Source: Acidimicrobiia bacterium (GTDB lineage: Bacteria; Actinomycetota; Acidimicrobiia; IMCC26256; JAMXLJ01). From it: a stretch of 64,000 bases of DNA. The translations under genes were made by a program, and so were the position numbers. Below the pieces are notes generated by a model. That model did no database searches. It was not told the DNA's origin and worked only from the letters and a program-made list of their open reading frames with translations. Every line of letters starts with the position of its first letter. Position 1 is the stretch's first letter. Of this stretch, positions 27,077-35,719 are shown in pieces. Location: contig JAMXLJ010000157.1 in NCBI GenBank assembly GCA_024281095.1, forward strand, positions 20,183-84,182, given 5' to 3'.

Positions 27077-28362
27077 CGGCAACTGCGGATCGCGACGACC
27101 GCGACCGCGGGACCGCCTGGCCGCCACCGCCGCCGAGCGTCGAAGGCGACACCGAGGAGGACGCGGCATTCCGGGCCGAGGCGCGCGCGTGGCTCGAGGA
27201 GCACGCGAGCCCCCGTGCGGCCGAGAGCGTCTTCAATCGACGGTACGCGTCGGCCGACAACTCGCCCGAGGCCGACGAGGCCCACGTGCAGCGGTGCAAG
27301 GAGTGGCAGCGAACGCTGTTCGAAGGTGGATGGGCGGGCGTCAACGTTCCGCGCGAATACGGCGGACGGGACGGCACCGGGAAACAGGCCCGCATCTTCG
27401 CCCAGGAACAGGCCCGCTTCGACGTCGACACCGGTGTGTTCGCCGTCGGGCACGGCATGGTCATCCCGACGCTGCTCGTGCACGGCACCGACGAGCAGAA
27501 GCAGCGTTACATCCCGCCGCTCCTGCGCGGCGACGAAGTGTGGTGCCAGTTGTTCAGCGAGCCAAGCGCGGGATCGGATCTGGCCGGCCTGCGGACGCGT
27601 GCGGTCCGCGACGGCGACGAGTGGGTCGTGAACGGTCAGAAGGTGTGGAACTCCGGCGCGCACCACAGCGACATGGGGATCTTGCTGGCGCGCACCGACG
27701 TCGACGTGCCGAAGCACCGCGGAATCACGTACTTCCTCGTCGACATGCACACTCGGGGTATCGAGGTGCGGCCCCTCCGCCAGATCAACGGCGTGGCGCA
27801 CTTCAACGAAGTGTTCCTCACCGACGTGCACATCCCGGTTGCCAGCGTGCTCGGTGAGGTCAACGGCGGATGGGGTGTCGCGCAGACCACGCTCGCCAAC
27901 GAACGAACGCTCATCGGCGGCGGCACGGGCATCGGGTTCGGAGACTTCAAGCGCCTGGCCCGTGAATACGGCCGCACCGATGATCCGATCGTCCGTCAGC
28001 AACTGGCCGACGCGTTCATCCGCTTCGAGATCCTGAAGTATCTCGGCGCGCGCGCCCAGGCCGCGATCCGCGCCGGCAAGATGCCCGGACCGGAGAGCTC
28101 GGTCCTGAAGCTCGCGGTGTCCGAGCACGTCGCCCGCAACGGTGATCTCGGCCTCGCGCTCGAGGGTGCGGCGGGAATGCTGATCAACGAGGACACGACC
28201 CAGAACGGCCTCTGGCAGCAGCTGTTCCTCGGCCAGTGGGGCGTCAGGATCGGCGGCGGCACCGAGCAGGTGCAGCGCAACGTGCTCGGAGAGCGGGTGC
28301 TCGGGCTGCCCGGCGAGCCCCGACCCGACAAGGTCCTCCCGTTCCGAGAGCTCCCCGGTTGA
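27073..28362 (+). CDS. acyl-CoA dehydrogenase (WCQLFSEPSAGSDLA class)
   Basis: GTG27073 overlaps the upstream stop (GTGA). 429 aa, paralog of 2742 and 8001. Confidence 0.85.
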   Translation: MTATADRDDRDRGTAWPPPPPSVEGDTEEDAAFRAEARAWLEEHASPRAAESVFNRRYASADNSPEADEAHVQRCKEWQRTLFEGGWAGVNVPREYGGRDGTGKQARIFAQEQARFDVDTGVFAVGHGMVIPTLLVHGTDEQKQRYIPPLLRGDEVWCQLFSEPSAGSDLAGLRTRAVRDGDEWVVNGQKVWNSGAHHSDMGILLARTDVDVPKHRGITYFLVDMHTRGIEVRPLRQINGVAHFNEVFLTDVHIPVASVLGEVNGGWGVAQTTLANERTLIGGGTGIGFGDFKRLAREYGRTDDPIVRQQLADAFIRFEILKYLGARAQAAIRAGKMPGPESSVLKLAVSEHVARNGDLGLALEGAAGMLINEDTTQNGLWQQLFLGQWGVRIGGGTEQVQRNVLGERVLGLPGEPRPDKVLPFRELPG

Positions 28363-28398
28363 GTTCTCGATCGCGTGCGCTCTCGGGCCGCTGAGCCG

Positions 28399-28953
28399 TC
28401 AGTCGCGCTGCGAGAGGCGTTGCACGAGGAGCTCGACGAGCTGACGGTCGACCTCGTCGAGGCGGGCGATGCGACGGGCGAGCGCGGTGCTGCGACTGTC
28501 GGGGGCTCCGGTCGCGCTGACCAGACGCGGCGCCGCCCGACCCAGACGGCCGCGCAGCTCACCGCCCTCGAGCTCCAGTGCGTCCGCCAGCCGCTGCAAC
28601 TCGTCGGCGGTCAGGTTCGGCAGCACGCGTACGCCGCCGTACGCGGTCTGGTATCCGGATTCCAGCGCCTTGAGCGTCGACTCCGGGAGCTTGGCCTTCT
28701 TCGCGGTGGCCCGGCGGTTCAGGCTCAGCTGCTCGCGGCGCTCGGCGACGAAGCGGCCGAAATCCGCCCAGCGCTGTGCCTCGTTGACGCCGTGCATGTT
28801 CCCGGACCGCCGCGGCGGGACGGCCGTGCGCGATTGGTGGTGCAGTGGCGTCACCTCGACGAAGTCGTCGTCGTCTTCGACGGCGTCGTCCTCGGGCAGC
28901 TCCCGCTCCTCGTCTCGAGGGTGCACATCCGCTGCATGGTCGTCATGTTCCAT
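28399..28953 (-). CDS. XRE-type HTH protein with acidic N-terminal region
   Basis: FGRFVAERREQLSLNRRATAKKAKLPESTLKALESG fits the HTH_XRE pattern. N-terminus MEHDDHAADVHPRDEERELPEDDAVEDDDD. Confidence 0.55.
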   Translation of the reverse strand: MEHDDHAADVHPRDEERELPEDDAVEDDDDFVEVTPLHHQSRTAVPPRRSGNMHGVNEAQRWADFGRFVAERREQLSLNRRATAKKAKLPESTLKALESGYQTAYGGVRVLPNLTADELQRLADALELEGGELRGRLGRAAPRLVSATGAPDSRSTALARRIARLDEVDRQLVELLVQRLSQRD

Positions 28954-29677
28954 TGGCGCTCCCGTTGAACGTGAGGCTCAGCGTGCTCCCGGTCTGATCC
29001 GGGATCGACAAGGGTTGGCCGTCGAGTGTGATCGTCACCTGCTTCGCGGCCCCGAGGCGGAGCACCACCGATCCGTTGACGGGGATCTGTTGCGTGTCAC
29101 CTGAGTGCAGCGTCTGCTCGAAGAGCGGTGTACCGGTGTTGTTCGGATCGCTGGCGCGGACCCAACACGAACCAGTTGCCGCGATGGCGAGGGTGTAGGC
29201 CGACCGGTTCACGGCAAAGGTCACCGCGCCGTTCGCCTGGCTCGTGATGGAGGCCTGGGCGACGGGTGGTGGCGGTGCCGTGAGGCTCGTCGTGGCCGTG
29301 GGCGCTGCCGTCGTCGATGCGGAGGTGTGATGCGTCGTCGGTGTGGAGACAGACGCGGCCTGTTTCTGGTTCGTGTTGCGCCCGATCCACCAGATCGCCC
29401 CGACCCCGGCGAGCACGAGGCTGACGGCGAGCGCGACGGCGAGTGGGGCGAGCGAACGCTGCGTACGACTGATGTACGGCATCGGAGCGCTGCGGGCAGG
29501 GCCGGCGGGTACCGCGGCTGGGGCGTCGGAGCGCGAGCGCGATGCGGCGTGTTGGAGCGCGTCGAGCGCGCGCTGCTGGTGTTCGACCGACTCGAGTGGT
29601 GTCGGAGCCTGGCGGTACCAGCGTCGCAGCGCGAAGACCCAGATCAGGGCCAACAGCACCGCGATGACGACGGGCAT
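28943..29677 (-). CDS. membrane protein with DUF4115 (RodZ C-terminal-like) domain
   Basis: ATG29677 is preceded by GGGAGG. Two TM segments, a Thr/Ala/Pro linker, then ...YTLAIAATGSCWVRASDPNN...VVLRLGAAKQVTITLDGQP. The upstream 258 codons of ORF 28943..30451 are discounted. Confidence 0.6.
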   Translation of the reverse strand: MPVVIAVLLALIWVFALRRWYRQAPTPLESVEHQQRALDALQHAASRSRSDAPAAVPAGPARSAPMPYISRTQRSLAPLAVALAVSLVLAGVGAIWWIGRNTNQKQAASVSTPTTHHTSASTTAAPTATTSLTAPPPPVAQASITSQANGAVTFAVNRSAYTLAIAATGSCWVRASDPNNTGTPLFEQTLHSGDTQQIPVNGSVVLRLGAAKQVTITLDGQPLSIPDQTGSTLSLTFNGSANGT

Positions 29678-29842
29678 AGGGCGGGTCCTCCCGGGTCGTG
29701 CCTCGTGCGCCCTGTTCCTTGCCCCCGATCCCGCTCGAACACTCCGCGGGCGACCATCGCGGATCGGGCGGCGTGACTGCAAGGGAACGGGGAAAGAATT
29801 CTGCCGTCTGCGAACACATGGTTTCGCGCGGGCGCGCGGCGG

Positions 29843-29854
29843 GCCGAATTCGGC
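29843..29854. repeat. 12-nt perfect palindrome GCCGAATTCGGC
   Basis: Read directly from the sequence. Shares the GCCGAAT half-site with 29880-29886 and 29928-29960. Confidence 0.7.
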
Positions 29855-29927
29855 GCCGGGCGCAGGGCCGCAGCCGCCCGCCGAATCACGGTCCTCGAAC
29901 GCTCGCACCGCCCCGTCTTTCGGGCCA

Positions 29928-29960
29928 TTCGCGCCGAATCGACGGTCGATTCGGCGCGAA
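29928..29960. repeat. 33-nt perfect palindrome (16-bp arms, 1-nt centre) TTCGCGCCGAATCGAC-G-GTCGATTCGGCGCGAA
   Basis: Every pair from 29928/29960 to 29943/29945 checked as complementary. Lies in the 475-nt divergent intergenic region. Confidence 0.8.
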
Positions 29961-30152
29961 GTGGCGCGCGAACAGGGGTTTCGCACGCCGGGATCCGACG
30001 TTTTTGGCGCGGGCGGCGGCGAGCGGTCCGTGGGCGGAAAGGTGCGGTCGAGCGCGGCGAGCGCGTAGTGGATGACCTCTTCGTACGGCATCGCCGCGGC
30101 GTATGCGGGCCTCTCTGACGTGCTGTTAGATTCGCTGCCCCCGGGAGGTGAC

Positions 30153-31337
30153 ATGTTTCTCGAGTACGCCCGCGAGCAGCGCGAACTGCGCGACACGCTG
30201 CGCGAGTACTTTGCCCGCCTGCTGACGCCGGAAGTCCGCGCGGAGATGGGCTCGCCGGGTGAGGGCAGCCCGTTGTTTCGCACGGTCGTCAAGCAGATGG
30301 GTGCCGACGGCTGGCTCGGGATCGGGTGGCCGAAGGAGTACGGCGGCCAGGGCCGCCCCGCGGTCGAGCAGTTCATCTTCTTCGACGAGGTCCAGCGGGC
30401 CGGAGCACCGTTCCCGTTCGTGACGCTCAACACCGTGGGGCCGACGATCATGCGCTACGGGTCGCAGGAGCAGAAGGACTTCTTCCTCCCCGGCATCCTG
30501 CGCGGCGAGGTCAACTTCGCCATCGGGTACACGGAGCCCGAAGCGGGCACCGACCTTGCGTCCCTTCGCACCCGGGCCGTGCTCGACGGCGACGAGTGGG
30601 TCATCAACGGCAACAAGGTCTTCACGAGCGGAGCGAACCAGGCCGATTACATCTGGCTCGCGTGCCGAACCGATCCGGATGCGCCGAAGCACAAGGGCAT
30701 CTCGATGATCATCGTCCCGACGTCCGTCGACGGGTTCAAGTGCACGCCGATCGTGACGGTGGGCGACGTCGTCACCACGGCCACCTACTACGACGACGTG
30801 CGCGTCCCGAAGGACAACGTCGTCGGCGACGTGAACGCGGGCTGGCGGCTCATCACGAACCAGTTGAACCACGAGCGCGTGGGCCTGGCCGCGCTGGGGG
30901 GCCTCACGCACCGCCTCTGGGACGACGTCGAGCGCTGGTGCCGCGACACCGACTCGGGTCGGGGCGACGGCACGAAGATGATCGACCTGCCCTGGGTTCA
31001 GATGGATCTCGCCCGCACGCACGCCAAGCTCGAGGCGATGAAGCTGCTCAACTGGCGGATGGCGCTCGCGGTGGGCGCCGAGACGCTGAGCCCGGCCGAC
31101 TCTTCCTCGGTGAAGGTCTACGGCACCGAGTGCCTGATCGACGTCTACCGCAGCCTGCTCGGGATCCTCGGGGCCGCCGGCTACCTCAAGGCGGGCTCGC
31201 CGGGTGCGGCGCTGCGGGGCGACGTCGAACGCGCGGCACGGGCCGCACAGATCAACACGTTCGGAGGCGGTGTGAACGAGGTGCAGCGCGAGATCGTCGC
31301 CGCGGTCGGCCTCGGCATGGCGCGCACGGCGCGATAA
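30153..31337 (+). CDS. acyl-CoA dehydrogenase, alpha-subunit type
   Basis: ATG30153 follows GGGAGG. Sequence MFLEYAREQRELRDTLREYFARLLTPEV...; paralog of 10276, 15640 and 53913. Confidence 0.85.
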   Translation: MFLEYAREQRELRDTLREYFARLLTPEVRAEMGSPGEGSPLFRTVVKQMGADGWLGIGWPKEYGGQGRPAVEQFIFFDEVQRAGAPFPFVTLNTVGPTIMRYGSQEQKDFFLPGILRGEVNFAIGYTEPEAGTDLASLRTRAVLDGDEWVINGNKVFTSGANQADYIWLACRTDPDAPKHKGISMIIVPTSVDGFKCTPIVTVGDVVTTATYYDDVRVPKDNVVGDVNAGWRLITNQLNHERVGLAALGGLTHRLWDDVERWCRDTDSGRGDGTKMIDLPWVQMDLARTHAKLEAMKLLNWRMALAVGAETLSPADSSSVKVYGTECLIDVYRSLLGILGAAGYLKAGSPGAALRGDVERAARAAQINTFGGGVNEVQREIVAAVGLGMARTAR

Positions 31338-31350
31338 CGGGGGACGGGCC

Positions 31351-32346
31351 TTGACCACAACGACACCGACGACCGAGGACGAGAAGGCAGCCTTCCTCGC
31401 GAAGCTGAAGGCCTACGAAGGTCGCACGTACGGGCCGCCGATGCGCGGGCCCGATCCCGTGAACCAGGCCATGATCCGCCACTGGGTCGAGGCCATCGGC
31501 GACGAGAACCCCGTCTATGTCGACCCCGACGCGGCGGCGCGTTCCGTGCACGGCGGCATCGTCGCCCCGCCCGTGAGCCTGCAGGCGTGGGTGATGCGGG
31601 GATTCCGTCCGGCCGCATCGGCGACGAGCGACGTGCAGGACGAGATCATGTCGCTCCTCAACGGCGCCGGGTTCACGTCGGTCGTGGCGACGAACTGCGA
31701 GCAGGAGTACTTCAAGGAGCTCCACGTCGGTACGCACCTGTCGACGACGACAACGGTCGAATCGATCTCGGAGGAGAAGGCCACCGGCCTCGGTGTCGGC
31801 CATTTCCTCACGACCCTCGTGCGCTACACGGACGAGCACGACGACCTCGTCGCCACGATGCGCTTCCGAATCCTGAAGTTCAAGCCCGGTACGGGTCGCA
31901 GCGCGACGCAGGCGAAGACCGACGCCGAGCCGGCCACGCGTCCGCCGCGGCCCCGCCCTGCGGTCACGCAGGACAACGCGTTCTTCTTCGAAGGCGCGCA
32001 GCAACACAAGCTCCTGATTCAGCGGTGCAGCAGCTGCGGCCGGTTGCGCCACCCGCCCGGGCCTGCCTGCCCGAGTTGCCGCTCGTACGACTGGGACACC
32101 GTCGAAGCGAGCGGCAAGGCCACCGTCTACAGCTTCGTGGTGAACCACTATCCGCAGGTTCCGTCGTTCGACTACCCGCTCGCCGTCGGTTTGTTCGAGC
32201 TCGAGGAAGGTACGCGCCTCGTCGCGAACTTCGTCGGGGTCGAGCCGGACGCGATCGAGGTGGGCATGCCCGTGCAGGTCGAGTTCGTCGAGCACGACGC
32301 AGAACTCACCCTGCCCGCGTTCCGTCCCGTGCAGGTGACCGCGTGA
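31351..32346 (+). CDS. chsH2: MaoC-N-type hotdog hydratase subunit fused to a C-terminal DUF35 Zn-ribbon/OB-fold (ChsH2 architecture)
   Basis: 331 aa. The N-terminal half has ...NQAMIRHWVEAIGDENPVY.... The C-terminal half has CSSCGRLRHPPGPACPSC plus an OB fold. Confidence 0.7.
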   Translation: MTTTTPTTEDEKAAFLAKLKAYEGRTYGPPMRGPDPVNQAMIRHWVEAIGDENPVYVDPDAAARSVHGGIVAPPVSLQAWVMRGFRPAASATSDVQDEIMSLLNGAGFTSVVATNCEQEYFKELHVGTHLSTTTTVESISEEKATGLGVGHFLTTLVRYTDEHDDLVATMRFRILKFKPGTGRSATQAKTDAEPATRPPRPRPAVTQDNAFFFEGAQQHKLLIQRCSSCGRLRHPPGPACPSCRSYDWDTVEASGKATVYSFVVNHYPQVPSFDYPLAVGLFELEEGTRLVANFVGVEPDAIEVGMPVQVEFVEHDAELTLPAFRPVQVTA

Positions 32347-33455
32347 ACTTCGACTTCACCGAAGAGCAGGAGGCGGTCCGCGATCTCTCCGCGCAGATCC
32401 TCGCCGGGCACGCCACGGTCGAGCGTGTGAAGGCGGTCGAGGCCAGCGACGATCGGATCGATCGCGAGCTGTGGAAGGCACTCGCCGCCGCGAACCTGCT
32501 CGGCATCGCGCTTCCCGACGACGCGGGCGGCAGCGGCTTCGGCATCGTCGAGCTCTGCCTCCTGCTCGAGCAGCAGGGCCGGGTCGTGGCCCCGGTGCCG
32601 CTGTGGGCCACGCTCGTGCTCGGCGCCGCGCCGATCGCCCAGTTCGGCTCGCCCCAACAACGCGAGCGCTGGCTTCCCGGCGTGGTCAACGGCGACACGA
32701 TGCTCACGGCGGCGCTTGCCGAGTCGGGCGCCAACGATCCGATGGTGTCGTCCGTCGTCGCGACGCGCGACGGCACCCGCTTCCGTCTCGACGGAACGAA
32801 GCCGTCGGTGCCTGCCGGGCACGTCGCGGACTGCATGCTCGTGCCGGCGCGAGTTGCCGAACAGGCCGAGACCCTGGGCGTGTTCCTCGTCGAGACCGGC
32901 GCAGACGGAGTCGAGCGCGAACGCGCGATCACGACGAACCGCGAGGTGGTCACACACGTGGAGCTCGACGGAGCTCCGGCGGAGCTGCTGACCACGGGCG
33001 TCGACGCCATCGGTTGGATCGTCGATCGCGCGCTCGTCGGGCTCTGCGCGACCCAGGTCGGTGTCGCCGAAGCCGCGCTGCGCATGGCGGCCGATTACGC
33101 GTCGAACCGGCGCCAGTTCGACAAGCCGTTGTCGACCTTCCAGGGCGTCGCGCTGAAGGCGGCCGACGCGTACATCGACACCGAGGCGATGCGGGTCACG
33201 ATGTGGCAGGCGGCGTGGAAGCTCTCCGAAGGTCGTGACGCCGGCGCCGACGTGCTGGTGGCGAAATGGTGGGCTTCGGAAGGCGGCCAGCGCGTCGTGC
33301 ACACGACCCAACATCTGCACGGCGGGCTCGGCGCCGACGTCGACTATCCGATCCACCGCTACTTCCTCTGGGGAAAGCAGATCGAGGACACGCTCGGGGG
33401 CGCGAGCGCAACGCTCGCACGCCTCGGCACGGTCCTTGCAGGAGCGAAGCGATGA
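32343..33455 (+). CDS. acyl-CoA dehydrogenase family protein, beta-subunit type
   Basis: GTG32343 overlaps the upstream stop (GTGA). Sequence VNFDFTEEQEAVRDLSAQILAG..., 370 aa. Confidence 0.8.
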   Translation: MNFDFTEEQEAVRDLSAQILAGHATVERVKAVEASDDRIDRELWKALAAANLLGIALPDDAGGSGFGIVELCLLLEQQGRVVAPVPLWATLVLGAAPIAQFGSPQQRERWLPGVVNGDTMLTAALAESGANDPMVSSVVATRDGTRFRLDGTKPSVPAGHVADCMLVPARVAEQAETLGVFLVETGADGVERERAITTNREVVTHVELDGAPAELLTTGVDAIGWIVDRALVGLCATQVGVAEAALRMAADYASNRRQFDKPLSTFQGVALKAADAYIDTEAMRVTMWQAAWKLSEGRDAGADVLVAKWWASEGGQRVVHTTQHLHGGLGADVDYPIHRYFLWGKQIEDTLGGASATLARLGTVLAGAKR

Positions 33456-33874
33456 CCTTCAACGCCACCGGGCTGCGATACGACGACGTCGACGTCGGCG
33501 ACGAGCTCCCGCCACTCGACCTGCCGCTGACCCGATCACTCATCGTCGCGACCGCGATTGCGTCGCGCGACTACCAGGACGTGCATCACGATCCCGGCCT
33601 CGCGCAGGAGCGCGGGTCCAAGGACATCTTCATGAACATCCTGTCGACGAATGGCTTCGTCGGTCGCTTCGTCACCGACTGGGCCGGCCCCGACGCCGTC
33701 TTGAAGAAGGTGTCGATCCGGCTTGGGGCGCCGAACTATCCCGGCGACACGATGCGCATGACCGGCAGTGTCACGAAGAAGGCCGACGGTCTCGTCGAGG
33801 TTGCCGTACGGGGCGCCAACGGGCTCGGCGATCACGTGTCGGGCACGGTCACGCTGGAGCTGCCCCGTGACTGA
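33452..33874 (+). CDS. chsH1: MaoC-like (R)-hydratase subunit (ChsH1-like)
   Basis: 140 aa single hotdog fold with ...SRDYQDVHHDPGLAQERGSKDIFMN.... ATGA overlap with the upstream gene. Confidence 0.7.
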   Translation: MTFNATGLRYDDVDVGDELPPLDLPLTRSLIVATAIASRDYQDVHHDPGLAQERGSKDIFMNILSTNGFVGRFVTDWAGPDAVLKKVSIRLGAPNYPGDTMRMTGSVTKKADGLVEVAVRGANGLGDHVSGTVTLELPRD

Positions 33875-35051
33875 GATCAACGGGCTGAAGGACTCGGCCG
33901 CGATCGCGGGCATCGGCGCGACCGAGTTCTCCAAGAGCTCGGGCCGCAGCGAGATGCGTCTGGCGTGCGAGGCGGTGCAGGCCGCGATCGCGGACGCCGG
34001 GCTCCAGCCGAGCCAGATCGACGGCATGGTGACGTTCAGCGCCGACACGAACCCCGAGATCGAGATCGCACGCAACCTCGGCATCGGGGAGCTCAGCTTC
34101 TTCTCCCGCATCCATCACGGCGGCGGAGCGGCGTGCGGCACGATCCAGCAGGCGGTGCTGGCGGTGAACAGCGGGGTCGCCGACTACGTCGTGTGCTACC
34201 GCGCGTTCAACGAACGCTCGGGCCGCCGCTTCGGTACCGGCGTGCAGGATCGTCCGCCCTCACCGACCGCGGAGATGGCTCACTTCAGCTGGTACTCGCC
34301 CTTCGGTCTGCTCACGCCGGCCCAGTGGGTCGCGATGTTCGCCCGTCGCTACATGCACGAGTACGGCGCCACGAGCGAGGACTTCGGCGCGATCGCGGTC
34401 GCGGACCGCAAGCACGCGGCCACCAACCCGAGTGCGTGGTTCTACGAGCAGCCGATCACCCTCGAGGACCACCAGAGCTCACGTTGGATCGTCGAGCCGC
34501 TGCACCTGCTCGATTGCTGCCAGGAGAGCGACGGCGCGCAGGCCATGGTCGTCACCACGCCCGAGCGGGCCCGCGACCTCGCGCAGCCCACGGTCATCGT
34601 GAACAACGCGGCGCAGGGCGCGGGCGTCGACCAGGACATGATGACGAGCTACTACCGCCCGTCCATCACCGGCCTGCCGGAGATGGGTCTCATCGCACGC
34701 CAGCTGTGGAACACCACCGGGCTCGGTCCCGACGACATTCAGACCGCCGTCATCTACGACCACTTCACGCCGCTTGCGCTGCCGCAGCTCGAGGAATTCG
34801 GCTTCTGCGCGCGTGGCGAGGCGAAGGACTTCATCAAGGACGGCGCGATCGAGATCGGCGGCCGGCTGCCGATCAACACCCACGGCGGCCAGCTCGGCGA
34901 GGCGTACATCCACGGCATGAACGGGATTGCCGAAGGCGTGCGCCAGGTCCGCGGCACGTCGGTGAACCAGGTCCCCGGCGTCGAGCACGCGCTGGTCACC
35001 GCGGGCACGATGGTGCCCACCAGCGCCCTGGTTCTCGGAGTCGACCGCTAG
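33867..35051 (+). CDS. ltp2: thiolase-like aldolase/lipid-transfer protein (Ltp2-like)
   Basis: 394 aa with ...IAGIGATEFSK...RIHHGGGAACGT...INTHGGQLGEAYIHGMNG.... The igr-like gene context supports the call. Confidence 0.7.
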   Translation: MTEINGLKDSAAIAGIGATEFSKSSGRSEMRLACEAVQAAIADAGLQPSQIDGMVTFSADTNPEIEIARNLGIGELSFFSRIHHGGGAACGTIQQAVLAVNSGVADYVVCYRAFNERSGRRFGTGVQDRPPSPTAEMAHFSWYSPFGLLTPAQWVAMFARRYMHEYGATSEDFGAIAVADRKHAATNPSAWFYEQPITLEDHQSSRWIVEPLHLLDCCQESDGAQAMVVTTPERARDLAQPTVIVNNAAQGAGVDQDMMTSYYRPSITGLPEMGLIARQLWNTTGLGPDDIQTAVIYDHFTPLALPQLEEFGFCARGEAKDFIKDGAIEIGGRLPINTHGGQLGEAYIHGMNGIAEGVRQVRGTSVNQVPGVEHALVTAGTMVPTSALVLGVDR

Positions 35052-35061
35052 CCTCGCGGGG

Positions 35062-35712
35062 TTGGCCGACTGGACCACGATCTCGTCGCTGGCAACCGCG
35101 GGCGGGACGCTCGTGCTGGCGCTCGCGACCTTCAGCTCCGTACGCTCGGCCAACCGCGCCGCGCGCGTTGCAGAGCGCGCACTGCTCGCCGGGCTCACGC
35201 CGGTGCTCGTCCCGGCGCGCATGGACGATCCGCCGCAGAAGATCAACTGGGTCGACGAGCACTGGACCCGTCTCGAGGGCGGGCTCGCCGCGGTGGAGTT
35301 GGTCGGAGACGTGATCTACCTCGCGATTCCGGTGCGGAACGTGGGGTCGGGCCTTGCCATCTTGCAGGCGTGGCGCCCGGAGACGGACTTCGACGTCGAG
35401 CGGGTGCGGGCACGCCCGAACATGGCGGAGTTCCGGCAGCAGGCGCGCGACATCTACGTGCCGACGGGTGACGCGAGCTTCTGGCAAGGGGCCTTCCGTG
35501 AGGTCGACGATCCGCTGTACGACAGCATGCGTGACACCGTGCTGGCCCGCCGGCGATTCATGATCGACCTCTGCTACAGCGACCACGAAGGCGGTCAGCG
35601 CACGATCACCCGGTTCACCTTGTCGCCGATCGGTGAAGACGAACGCTGGCTTCCGTCGGTCGCCCGGCACTGGACCATCGACCTGCCCGACCCCCGCGGC
35701 GACGGGAGGTGA
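35062..35712 (+). CDS. hypothetical membrane-anchored protein, no domain recognised
   Basis: 216 aa from TTG35062. N-terminal hydrophobic helix ISSLATAGGTLVLALATFSSV, then about 170 aa with no motif I can place. Confidence 0.45.
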   Translation: MADWTTISSLATAGGTLVLALATFSSVRSANRAARVAERALLAGLTPVLVPARMDDPPQKINWVDEHWTRLEGGLAAVELVGDVIYLAIPVRNVGSGLAILQAWRPETDFDVERVRARPNMAEFRQQARDIYVPTGDASFWQGAFREVDDPLYDSMRDTVLARRRFMIDLCYSDHEGGQRTITRFTLSPIGEDERWLPSVARHWTIDLPDPRGDGR

Positions 35713-35719
35713 GCGGTGC

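Noticed and set aside
28943-30451. 502-aa minus-strand ORF spanning the long intergenic region
   Set aside because: Only the last 244 codons (from ATG29677, with a GGGAGG RBS) look like a real protein (TM + DUF4115). The upstream part runs antisense through the fadE start and the palindromic region.
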